A stretch of 63,724 bases of DNA from contig NW_020846334.1 in assembly GCF_003704095.1 (NCBI RefSeq), forward strand, positions 62,001-125,724. The letters run 5' to 3'. This DNA comes from Pocillopora damicornis (taxonomy: Eukaryota). Made by a program: the position numbers and the translations under genes. The notes under the pieces were generated by a model, which saw only the letters and a list, made by a program, of their open reading frames with translations, was not told the origin of the DNA and did not search any database. Shown piece after piece: positions 12,375 to 24,515 of the stretch (position 1 is its first letter; each line of letters starts with the position of its first letter).

Positions 12375-12712
12375 AAAGGGGGTGAGTTTCTATAGAATCT
12401 GTGGTGCTGCATCAGTGGAGGAGTATAGCAAGATAATTTTGGTTTTACGAACTTGGTTGATAATGTAAATTAGCCACCGTAAACAGTTTCAAAGCCAAGT
12501 TTACTCACAGTAGTGTTGGAGGTCTTAAGTTGAAAGTTTGGCCTTCACGCTCCAATGGAAGTTCCCATCAAAGGGCCATATCTGGGTACAGAAACCTAGC
12601 AAGAAGCTGTACAACCCCCTGACGTTTTGAGCATTAGCCCTTCGTCAGAGCTTTGAGACTCTTTAAGGTAGCCAATTTAAATTATCAACCAACTAGATAA
12701 AACCAAAATTAC
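12375..12712. mobile_element. Non-autonomous inverted-repeat element carrying a decayed hammerhead motif
   Basis: The minus strand at 12619-12650 reads CTCTGACGA-A-GGGC-TAAT-GCTC-AAAA-CGTCAG (hammerhead core with GAAA changed to AAAA). The arms are related to 13824-14132 and 32825-33082. Confidence 0.6.
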
Positions 12713-13191
12713 CATGAGAATAAACGAGTTACATCAAAAATGGCCATTCCACACTGTTCACTCAAACAGACAACACAGCCATGTCCAACAGGAAAAAGTT
12801 CTTTTCAACACAATTTTATCTTTGCTGTTTGAATTAACAACAAACTTAATTTACACACAAAAAAATGTAGCTTTTGTACTGTGACTTTCACTTTAAGAGA
12901 GAAAAAAAACCTAGCAAACAATTTCTTCATGATCTAATTTTCTTCTCTTATTAATCCTTTAACTCCCAGATCAAATTTGTAATTCTCCTTACTGTCAACC
13001 ATACAATTCTTAAGTTAGTTCAGAGAATTTAGAACTGAATCAACAAATTATGCCCAATTTGATATTTTTCTTTAGTCTCATTACTTATCTGGTTTATAAT
13101 GTATCGATATTGTGAGGAGAAACTTGTCTTGGTCACTCATAGGAGTTAAAGGGTTGAGAGTATTGTCGATTTATCTGAGTCTCAGCAGAAC

Positions 13192-16100
13192 TCATTCAGT
13201 TTTGGACAATGCAACAACTGTAAAATGGAGTTGTGTAGGATCTCTTTTCATGTATTCTTTACATACTTCAGCTGCATCCTACAAAACAAGGGGAAAATTC
13301 GCTTTTACAAAGGTAAGGGAAATTCTAATGCATTCATATTACAGGGATGGGGAGTCTTAAAATTTTACATATTAGTAAATGCAAGAGCAACAATGTACAA
13401 TTTTAGCTATACAACTCCTAACTATTACCGTCCCTTTGGTCAGATTGCTGCAAGACAGGAAAATGTTGTGCTAGAGCCTTAGAAAAGGTACTATCTTTCG
13501 CATTTGTTTTGAGGATATATCAGTTGTTTCTAATTACATAATTTTTTTCAAGCAACAGTGCTCATAACCTGATTTTGGAGGCTCATGATGATAATTCTTC
13601 ACTACTCTTGCTAAATTTTGACCAGATCAAACAGCCACTTCAAGAAAGAAATTCCAGACTTCCAGAGAAGTTTGATAGAAACGTGAGACTTCACAACTCA
13701 TCATAACAACTCCAAATAATGGCAAAGTTCAAAGCAGTTTACAAAGAAGTAAAACCAAAGAACAACAAGTCTCTCATGGCAAGCTGTTGTCCAACTACAT
13801 AATATCTTACATGGTGAGATAAAGGGGGTAAGTTTCTAAAGAAATTGTAGTGCTGCATCAATGGGAAAGTATAAAAAGGTAATGAAGGTAATTTGCTATT
13901 ATCAACTGAGTTGATAATGTAAATTGGCCACTGTTAGGAGTTTCAAAGCTAATGTTTCAAGCATTAGCCCTAGGTCAAAGTGAATAACAAAAAACTAATG
14001 CTCAAAACATTAGCTTTGAAACTCTAAATGGTGGCCAATTCACGTTATCAACTCAGTTGATAATACCTAATAACCTTGTTATACTTTTCCACAGACGCAA
14101 GACGGCAGTTTCTTTAGAAACTTACCCTCTTTGTTCATTGGTCATTCAACCATGGATACATGCATTCTTTTCCTAACACAATCTGAAAAATAAAGGCTAT
14201 GATTTCACTTCCAATAACTTCTTTTGTAAAAGAGTGAACACAAAATGGTGTATTATCAAGAAAACACCCTTTGACTGATAAGTGCTTTTTTGTTCTCATC
14301 ACAGGTTCGCTAAATAAATGTAATCACCTCACCTGTAAAAATGTTTCTTCAGATGACTTTCCATGATTTATAGGGAACAATTTCCTTCCATCTAAAGGCA
14401 ACATGTAAATGATTCTTATTCCCAGACCAAGACAATTTTATCAAAGTTGTAATAATATCGTAGGCACTCAATGACAACTCATCATGTTAGGCCGAAACAC
14501 TTATTGACAACTGTTGCAACGGAGCCATCAAAGCCAGAGGCAGAATTCATTTTGAATTCATGCCTCTGCTTCTTTCCTACAAAAAGCAAGCTATACACTG
14601 GTTATTTTGATGTCAATTCCAGGATATGTATGGTAAAATCTGATATTTGAACCTTCCTACTTCACACCAGCATATACCTGGGCAAGATTACAGCTCAGTC
14701 CCATACTTCATTTTGCATACATTTTTGGAGAGAGAAAACAATGGCAAAAGCAGTCGTGTGCCTTTGGGATTATGGCTTTGTTTTAGAATAGTAAGGGGTT
14801 ATAGGAAAAATGTTTCTGCCAAACCTATCCCAAATATTAGAAGGCCAGTTCAATAAAGCTGGCATTATCAAGTACAATGAAAGCTCACTTAGTTAGTCAC
14901 TCACCTAGCTCATATAAACAACCATCTCTGTGAACAATGGCTACAAAATGAAGATCAACACGATCATCAACAGATGGGGTCTGCAAACAGAATGTCAAAA
15001 TCAAACTATATTGCAATTGATTCTTGTCATAATGTAATCACCAATGCAAATATTTGTTGCAGTTCATATTTCAATCAGTTTTTCAAAATTCATGCACAAG
15101 AACCTTCAATTGTTATATCTCTAACCTCTGTTTGTCCTTCCTGAGCACAAGCTGCATGCGCTTCACAGATGTTCTGTGATAAAATAAAAAATAATTGGTC
15201 TCTAAAACTGGAAAGAAAGTAACATCACAATAAAAATTTGCTTGAATGGAAGCAATGTGTGGCAGAACATTTGTTTTCCGCACCTATGACCAAAATGGTT
15301 TCCCTTTACCAGGGAAAGAAAATCTCATACCTCATCACTTTCGAGCCGTTCTCCTTTTTCATCTGGAGACAGTGATTTGGTAGAGTCTATAAATTTCTTG
15401 AGAAAGCCCTCGTCTGTCAAGAAAAAATGGAAATAACACAGTAATAACATACTGCTTTGAAAACCTTAAGGATCCACGATAGCAGTCTGCCTCTCAATTT
15501 ACATTATTTTATTGTGATATGTGCATCTTCCTTATACTAGGTTTATTTCTTTATTAGATGTGGACTTAATAGCAGGAATCTTTTTTCCCCTTAACATCAG
15601 TATTCAAATACTCCACACTTTTCTCTTTACATTTCCTAAGGTACAGACAACAAGAATTTGTTTGACAATCAGGAGCTTCTTAGATCAGTCATTATTTCAT
15701 ATATTCTCAGGACCTTTACATTTGATTCAAGGAAGATACTGTGAGGAGAAATTAGAGGCCAGTCACACTTATCCAGGCTAAAAGGTTTTAATAAACTCCA
15801 ATGATAGATCATTAATTTTCACAATTATTTACAGCTCCAATATGTAACTCACCCAGCTGTAGTACATCTGTGTTGTTGGCAATGGAATGTATTATAGCCA
15901 CTGTTCCACATGCATTGCCAATTGTCTGCTTCATGAAGAACAAATTAGGGCTCACCTCCTGCAGTAAAATGAACCAGTTTTTTTCTCAAGAAAATTATTC
16001 CAGTCTGTAATGCATACATTCCACAAATAAGTTCCTGTATACTACCTAAATGGGTTCCCTAATGTGATAATCTAACTTTAATCCTGCAACCCTCAGTGCT

Positions 16101-19100
16101 GCCACCATTTTGGTTACCACTTAACCATTTAACTCCCATGATCTGCTTCATATTCCTTTTAAATTAGTTACAAGAATTTAGAATTGGAATAAGATAACAA
16201 TTTTAACTTGATAAATTTTAGTATTCTCATTACCATGTGCAGGACAATGTATAGGTAGCACAGGGAGAATTTACATGTCAATCACTTCTGGGAGTTAAAG
16301 GGTTAAGCAGATGTAGCCAAATTGGCTAACTGTGTTTGCTAGTTCAGTATCAAGTGAACTATTTTCATTCATAAATTTTTAATTTTGCAAACCAAAAGTT
16401 AAAGTGAGATTACCATTCCGAATTGCATTAGAGCTGTACTGGTGCCTGTCTCTCCTGGTTTGTGCGAGTGTGGGGTTTACTATTTCTGGCGACCATTTTC
16501 TGATTTTTGACTATGGAATGGCAACTTTGAAAAGCCTTGAACTTGTAAAACTGTCATGCTCTCATTTTGAAGCATGACTGTCTAAAGACATGTATCTTCT
16601 GTGCAGTTCAAGCAAAAAATAATGCCAATTTTCACAAATTTGAAGTACTGGGGTATATGCAATTCATAATTGACCAGCAATCCACAACAGTTATCTTTAA
16701 GACCCTTTGTATCCAGCAATGAAATGGTACAAAAAGAAAAGACTTTAAAGGTGAGCAAACAGTGGACTGAGACATGTGAAAAAGGGCAACTTAGTTTAAA
16801 TTTTTGGTTTTCAATGTTACATTGTTTTACCTACCTATACAGCTCCCTTTAAGAAAGGTTAGCAAAAAAATTAACCTCCAAGGAAGCATATTGGAGGAAT
16901 GAGTGCAAGAGTATCCTTCCTCAGCCTTGTAAATCATGATAAAAATATAAATAGTTCTACCTGGCCATGTTCCTTGACTTTCTCTTCTTGCTCTGTCTTA
17001 TATTCATGATACTTAAAAAAAAAGAAAAAAGACAATAGAAAAAAGCTTTCACCATATATTTCCTGGTTCCAATTTTTCCCTTTTTGATATTAAAAAGCAA
17101 GTATTGGATAAGGTTGTGCATGATATCATGAATTATCAAAACCAAGGTCTGAGTTATCTGCTGAAGCTTAGGACTGAGGCAAGTTCAATAATTTTTTTAA
17201 AAAGAAGACACCTCTCTGAGTTTGCAAAAGTTTGAGAACACTATATGGACAAGGGGTTTGGAAACTAGGCAGACTTAAAATTTGACATGATAAATGCAAT
17301 ATCTGCTGCAGATATTGTGTTATCATGTCAAAATCGCACTCTTCTGTATAATTGATTGCATGCTCTCGACCAAACAGATTTTTCAATAAAAGTCTAATGT
17401 ATAATAATGTTAGTTATCTCAAGAAAGAGGTTCAAATCCCACATAATCATGGAGGACACTTATTAGTTGAAGATGAAAGAGAGATAGAGGTAATAAATGG
17501 ATGGGTATATAGACATATCAACCCTTAACATCCTAACATCAGTATCCATATTCTCAGTACTTTTCTCCGATCAATATTAGTATCTGGGCAGCTGCCTACC
17601 TACCCCTCCCCTAACCCAACATTAACCTTAAGTTGTTGTCAATTGACTGTTGTTGAGTTAGGGGAGGGGTAGGTGGGCAGTTTCCCAGATACTGATATTG
17701 ATCCCTTTTCTCTTTATGTTTCCTTTGGTACTGATAAGGAGAATTCATTTAACAATCAAGGCTTGCTTTCATAAGTTGGCAGTTATTTCCTTTATTCTAA
17801 TGTTCTTAACCCTTCATACCCTAACGTCAGTATGCATATTCTCCATACTGTTCTCTATACATTTCCTAAGGTGCTGACAAGGAGAATTTGGTTAGCAATG
17901 TAGAGCTTCTTTCGTTGGTGATCATTTCATTTATTCTCATGACCTTAATGTTTGATTCAGGGGTTATATTGTAAGGAGAAATTAGATTCTAGACACTGTT
18001 ATGAGTAAATGAATGATTCTGCAGCATTAAGGTAGGGAGAAATTAGATGCTGGTCTCTCTTTGGTATTAAAGAGCTAAATGTTACCTTATCACTTGTTGG
18101 AAAAAGAAGAAGCAATGCACATGTTGGCTGAGGTAACATGGCCAATAACTCAGGATCAAGTCCAAAAACATCAACAAAGCTCCATGTTGGCTTTAAACCA
18201 AGATTTACGACAAACTGTTCATAAACAACAATTGTTAGATGATAATTAACCCTTTAACTCCCAGATCAAATTTGTTGTTCTCCTTACTGTCAACCATACA
18301 ATTCTCATAATGTTAGTTCAGAGAATTTAGTATTGGATCAACTAATTATCCCCAAATTGATATTTTTCTTTATTCTCATCACTTATCTGGTTGAAATTGT
18401 ATTAATATTGTAAGGAGAAATTCTCTCTTGGTCACTTATTGGAGTAAAAGGGTTAACAATTATTCACCAAAGTAGAGGTGAATAACTGTACTTCACAGAA
18501 ACCGAAAAAACTAACTTATTTCTGTCAATGTACCAAAAAATGGTAGGAAATCAAACTGCCGACATGCAATTTTGTCTCTTTGGCTGCTGGGAGGTGAATA
18601 GTACTTGGTAATTGCTTCTGCACCAGTCAATCAGCACACATGATGAGTACTATTCTACTGTATGGTATTTATAGTTTCCAGTTAATTAAGCACCCATATC
18701 ATTCTTACTCGCAATTACAGGTTCTACCTGTGGGGATAAGCCAGGAAAGATTTCTGTACCACCCAAAACTATTCTAAAACAGAGCCATTTTATGTTTTTG
18801 CTATAATTGTTCTTTTTATCTATGAACTGTATGCTTAATGAAGCATGGGGTTATATGGAAATCTTGCCAATTTATGGCAATGGCTTTAGTTTGTAACTTT
18901 TCTTTGAAACTGAAAATATTTTCGTTTGAAACTGAAATTTTTGACAGGGCTGGGCTGAGAAACCAATTCTTTTTTAACCAGGATCATCAATGTATTTTAA
19001 CATTTATAAGTTATTTGAAGTAGCTTGACTAAATGCGTGACTATCTAACATATTTGCACACATATATAGTTACAACTCTGGTTTGTATGAATATTTAGAC

Positions 19101-19410
19101 AACAACAGTGGAATTTTCTCATGATTGACCAACGCAAGGTTTTCTCACACTAAAAAATTTATCCAGCTAAGTTTCCATATCACTTAAGCTATATCACGTA
19201 AGGAACCAATTTAACGTACACTAACCTTGTTCATAACCTTTGAAGTAATTTGAATGACAGGAAATCAGCAATTTGCAAAATGAATGAATAACGTAAAGTC
19301 AAGTTAATTAAGAGGATCTATTCACATCATTTAGAAAAAAAATCACATAGAGAACACATAAGACTTAGTCTTACATCTGGATTTGATTCTAACGGTAGCC
19401 ATCGGACCAT
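13192..19410 (-). CDS. UCHL3: Ubiquitin C-terminal hydrolase (peptidase C12, UCH-L3/L1 orthologue), 10 exons
   Basis: Exons 19410-19375, 19237-19226, 18214-18086, 17011-16961, 15958-15853, 15413-15331, 15173-15126, 14980-14905, 14391-14333 and 13278-13192. Protein: [17 protein letters not shown]...[12 protein letters not shown] (catalytic Cys)...DLHFVA (His)...LYELDGR (Asp)...[11 protein letters not shown]. Confidence 0.95.
13824..14132. mobile_element. ~310-bp palindromic non-autonomous element with two decayed hammerhead-like motifs at its centre
   Basis: GGGTAAGTTTCTAAAGAAA...TTATCAACTGAGTTGATAATGTAAATTGGCCAC is mirrored by GTGGCCAATTCACGTTATCAACTCAGTTGATAA...TTTCTTTAGAAACTTACCC. Confidence 0.7.
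17568..17704. mobile_element. 137-bp MITE with an 8-bp TSD nested inside a TTAA-MITE
   Basis: TIRs GATCAATATTAGTATCTGGG / CCCAGATACTGATATTGATC. CTTTTCTC is duplicated at 17560-17567 and 17705-17712. Confidence 0.85.
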
Positions 19411-19558
19411 TTTCTTTGGCTCGAAAGTTGAACGATACCCCTCCTTGGAAATCTTTATGTCTACTTCCTTCTCTGTCCTGGGAAAATGAGTCCACGATTA
19501 TTTTTCAGCAGCCCTACTTTGAAGATACGAGGAGTTGTGGGTAATTTTGTTTTCCAAG
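19411..19558. promoter_or_regulatory. Bidirectional promoter between UCHL3 and PAM17
   Basis: Only 148 bp separate the divergent start codons. A YY1-like CAAGATGGCGGC overlaps the PAM17 ATG. Confidence 0.7.
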
Positions 19559-21556
19559 ATGGCGGCCGTTAGCGTGAGAAATTTTCGTAACTTTTTCAGT
19601 GGAAAAAGAACTCTAGTCGTTCTCCGCACAGGTTTCAAATCCAGTATACCATGTATGGCTATACTGAATCGTCCATATTGTGAGAGCTCTTCTCAAAGTG
19701 TTCCTGACACTTTGAAAGAACGTTCTCCAACTATCAAAAGAAGTCCGTTGTTCAGCGGTCAAAACATCACGCCGAAAAGATTCCAGCTATCATTTGAGGA
19801 GTTCCAGCAGCTGAGAAGAAAGCTACGCACCAAGCAGAAGCTAGCTGGTTTGCCGATTGGTGTAACATTTCTGTTAGCATCGAGCACCATCACTGCTTAC
19901 ATGTTCCCAAATATCTTCGATGCTACTCCGGAGCAGATTGAACCGATATTGTATGTAAAGTTCTCTTTAATCCTTATATTCTAACATCAGCATCCATATT
20001 CTCTATAATCTTCTCTCTATATTTCTTTTGGTTCTGACAAGGAGAATTTGTTTTACAATCAAAGCTTCTAAGGCTGGCGATCATTTCCTTTATTCTCATG
20101 ATCTCAGTCAGTGATTTAGCAGTATTCCTGTAAGGAGAAATTAGATGCTGGTCACTCGTAGGGTTTAAGGTGTTAAAATACCTTAAAGTAAGTAAGAACT
20201 CGTTTTCATACATCACAGCACTCCATTTACAATTTTGTACAAAATGAAGGTCCATATTGGAGAGTCATGTTGTTTCTTTTGCATTTTCAGAGGAATGGAT
20301 CCAATAATTTTCTGTGGTCTGTGTGGTGTGGCCAGTGCTGGTGTTGGGTTTGCTGCTGGAACTGTGGCATTTAAATCAGTTTGGAAGTTGTTTAACAAGG
20401 ANNNNNNNNNNNNNNNNNNNNNNNNNNNNNNNNNNNNNNNNNNNNNNNNNNNNNNNNNNNNNNNNNNNNNNNNNNNNNNNNNNNNNNNNNNNNNNNNNNN
20501 NCCATCATTCCCTGTGGTCAACTGCTCAACCCTTTAACTCTCATGAGTGACCAAGACAGAATTTCTCCCTACAGTATCAATACAATATCAACCAGACAAG
20601 TGATGAGAATAAAGAAATATAACCATTTTGGGGATAATTAGTTGATCTGATACTAAATTCTCTGAACTAACATTATAAGAATTGTATGGTTGACAGTAAG
20701 GAGAAGTACTAATTTGATCTGAGAGTTAAAGGGTTAACTCCCAGAAGTGATTAACAAGTAACTTCTCCCTACAATATCCATGCACTATTCAGAAAACAGG
20801 TAATGAGAATACTCAAATGTGTCAGGTCAAAGTTGTTATCTTGATCTAACACTAAATTCTTGTAACTAATTTACAAGGCAATGTGTAGCAGCTAGAGGGG
20901 AGAATTAACAATCAGATCTTGGGAGTTAAAAAGTTAATACAGATTCAACTGTTTATTGATATGATATAATTCTGTATATAAGAGGTAGATAGCTACCCCA
21001 CCCCACCTCACCCCACCCCACCTCACCCCACCCCACCCCACCCCACCCCACCCTAACCCATGCAGGGCATAAGTTATGTGTTTGTTACAAAGGTGATTTG
21101 ACCACAAGGGTGAGTTTAGGAAGGCAGAAAAATAGAATGTTGAACAAGTTTAATCAGTCTTTGGATTGGAATTAAAATGTTTGTTATGAGCAAGAGGACC
21201 TAAACCGACTACGTTATCCACCAGAAAGGGATTTATCCTTTGGATAGCATTATCCATCTTTTGATCAATCGGGGACAGGACTTTACTTGTATAGATTTAT
21301 GTCTCCTTGAGCAAGAAAAAATGTGAAGAGACAGCTTTTTGTCTATGTTTTGTAGCGTGAAGCTGATTTCTTGGAAAGAGTTGCAGCCAGAAGAGCTTCA
21401 TCAAATAGTAAATTTGAAGATGATTACTATGGGGAAAGTATTAAGAATGTCAGTGACTACAGGCAGTGGCTTAGAGAGCAACAGAAAAAACAAAACATCA
21501 CGGATAAATATGACAACAAGGAACAATCTGGAGAACTTAAAACAGAAGCTGCTTGA
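19559..21556 (+). CDS. PAM17: Pam17-like presequence translocase-associated motor subunit, mitochondrial; 3 exons (exon 2 ends in the N-gap)
   Basis: Exons 19559-19950, 20291->20401 and 21356-21556. A basic/Ser-rich presequence is followed by LSFEEFQQLRRK, a TM segment, ILGMDPII, a second TM segment and READFLERVAARR...DDYYGESIKNVSDYRQWLRE. These match remembered yeast Pam17 motifs ([37 protein letters not shown]). Confidence 0.85.
20995..21060. repeat. (CCCCA)n simple repeat
   Basis: About 13 imperfect CCCCA units in PAM17 intron 2. Confidence 0.9.
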
Positions 21557-24515
21557 ATGAGAACAGAAGAATCAGGAAAGTTTTTCGATAACTGATGAAT
21601 ATCCCCACAATCAATGACAGATGAATTCCCATACTGTCCTTTTAAGGGGAATCTACAAGAAAGTCAGTAAGGTGTTCGGTTAAGTTCACCTTTAGAGGAA
21701 TTTTTATGACAAGACATGTAGAGCTCCATTGTCTCATCCGACAGACTTTGTTTGTGACAGTATTTTATCGCTTAAAAAAAAATGAAAAGCACATGTTCAT
21801 TAATGAGAATAATGTTTAGAACAGGACGGAGGAATGACTGTAAATTTTGACTTGTTTTTCAGAGCATCTGTTATCTTCTAAACGAAAGTCAGATAAATTA
21901 CTTTATCCAGTGTGTGCAATATATGATCCAATGCTTGTTCCAGGGTCTGCAATATCGGAAGAAGACTGGCTGGGAACAAAAATTGTGATGACTGTTCCAT
22001 TGATTACGGAAGTATCGTCCGTCAAGGGAATATCCCCAAAATAAACAAAGAACGAAGATAAAACACGTATTTCGAGAGAAAACAAAAAAACTTTCTTTTT
22101 TGTTACAATGGAACTCCGCCAACTAGAAATACCAAGGGTAAACTTGCACATTTAACACAACTGTTAGTTGATTTTGCCTAAAAACGCTCATTCCTTTGAT
22201 TTGAGTTGTGGTATATTTTCTGAACCGATATGCAATTCCAAGGTAGCTGAAGGAGAAGTATGTTCCAGAAACGATATAATTTTTATCTCCACCTTGTTTG
22301 CTTGCTTGATGTGAAGAACGCGCCCTAACAATGGTAGTCTTCTTCATGATGAGATGTTCACAAAAAAGAATCGTTTGAGGTCGAAATAATTTCTTGTTGA
22401 TCTGAGTTTTCCGGGACTTGATAAAGTATTCGTTTAAATGCCGAGCAAAACCATTTGGGATGAATTTCCTCTTAACCCTGGTCGATATTATTTTAAATTA
22501 AAGCGAACGCTCTTTCAGACTGTCTTACTTGACAGTCCTTTGTCATAAAGTGGACACAGTGTTCTCAAAAAGGAGATATGATAATTAATGAGCTGAAACG
22601 AAAAAGAAACAGACCTTCAGGAATTTAGTGATTTCTCCTACACATTTCAACCGACACCATTCAAACTGCTCTTGACGCGAAGCTCTTTCTTCGCCATATC
22701 AAGTGAACTGGGCTCTTAGGGCCATAAATATTAGAGACAAAAATGGGGGACTGAACCGTGGGGCAAGCCTAAATGTTTCAAAATTGGAACGTAACGACAT
22801 GTTTAATGACGTCATGGTATAGACGAAACAGTCTATGCCCCGGACTATACCAACGGACATCTGTCTTTTACAAAAAAATTATGAACCACTAGGAAACCAT
22901 TTCACATTTCTTCGTTGTAAAAGATCATTCATCTTGTATTGTTTGTAACAAACTTTCATGTTTACGTCTGTACGTCACAAATCGATAAGAGTAACAGGTA
23001 AAACTTGAACGGAACACGTTTTAAGACACACAAACAAGGCTCGGAAAATGAGAAATCTTCTCAAAGGACGGTCTAACCAATTCAATGCCGGATTTATTTC
23101 GACACTGAATTGAAAATTGCTTTAGTTGAACATGCTCGCCGGCAAAAAGTTCACTTCACGCAGATTAGGAAGAGAAGAAGTGACTATTGACTGAGCTGTC
23201 GAAGTTAAGATTTTCATGCCCTTCGCGTTAGACGAATTGGATTTTCTTATTTTTTTCTCGCTAAGATGTAAGTCTATGGACTGATTTCCACACCAAATTA
23301 AGATTATTAACTTTTTTACTAATTTAATTTATCTAAATATATAATATACTCCTTGTTCCTTTTTATTCGCTTCGAACACTCTACAACAGGAGAGTTGTGT
23401 ATTGACATTTACCTTTATACTGTTCAACCCCTGAGAACTTCGTAATTCGCGATGATCAAGTTAAAGAATTCAATTTTATGATAACCTGCATTTGGAATCT
23501 GTCAGAGTCATTTTTAATCAACCACTTTTCGAAATTTTGCTACTTTACAGAGAAAGGTTCGTAATGAAAGGTCAGGCAAACTTGCGACAGAGCAACTCGC
23601 TACGGAACTGACTAAATTATCGCCTTCCTGTTCAAGAACTTGTAAGAAACATTTAACAAATAACAAGAAAGGGGAAAGTAAAAGTAAAGTTAAAGAGAGT
23701 TTGAGAAATAATAACGCACGAAAACTTAACAAACATTGTCATAACGTTTTTTCAACGAAATTACATAGAAAAGTAATTTATGAAGCGCCTTACTATCAAG
23801 TATCGTACCGAAGCAATTGACCAAAGCAACTGCCACAGCCAATCAGTTCAAAGCTTAACATTGAAAGTAACCAATGAGAACTCAAAGTAATCAAACCTCA
23901 ACGCGACTGAGTGCGGGAAAATGCTGGTGACTAAGTTGGTTTTGAATCTGATTGGTTCAGAAAGTGGGGCGCGTTTTTAAGACCAATCACACAGCACTTC
24001 CGGATTACCTTAAACGCTTTCAAGAAAAATAATCGGGATTGTCGCCTGACCTTGACCTAGCCTCCTTAAGCTTTGATTGTTTCCAGATCACCAAGAAAAT
24101 TGAATGCGACGAGCTCCAGTATTAAATTTTCTTTAATGAATTTTCTTATTTTAACATCAATATTTTCGTACAATGAACTTGCAATGATAACCATTAATTT
24201 TTGTAGAATTGCTTGTGTAAAGGTATATTCTCTGTTATAACCATTCGTCCATGTAAAAAAGAATTCTTGTCTCTATTTCTCGAAATTAAAATTACTTTCA
24301 TGCTAGCTACTCAACTAGCAGCCTTTTGCATACTTTCATTCAATGAAGAAGTACGCATTATTGCATGCTGGCAGCCGTTTCCTTGACAACTGCAACAATC
24401 GCGCGCCCGCTGCCTGTAGTTTTTCGTGTGCCCGTCTTCACCGACTGAGAACCTGGAACAGCCTTCTCGTCGTGTCCTAAAATCTGTCACTCGCGCGTAA
24501 TCGCGCGCGGAATAT

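Noticed and set aside
21847-22740. Short ORFs between the PAM17 and MTMR6 3' ends
   Set aside because: I could not build a consistent spliced model or recognise any motif.
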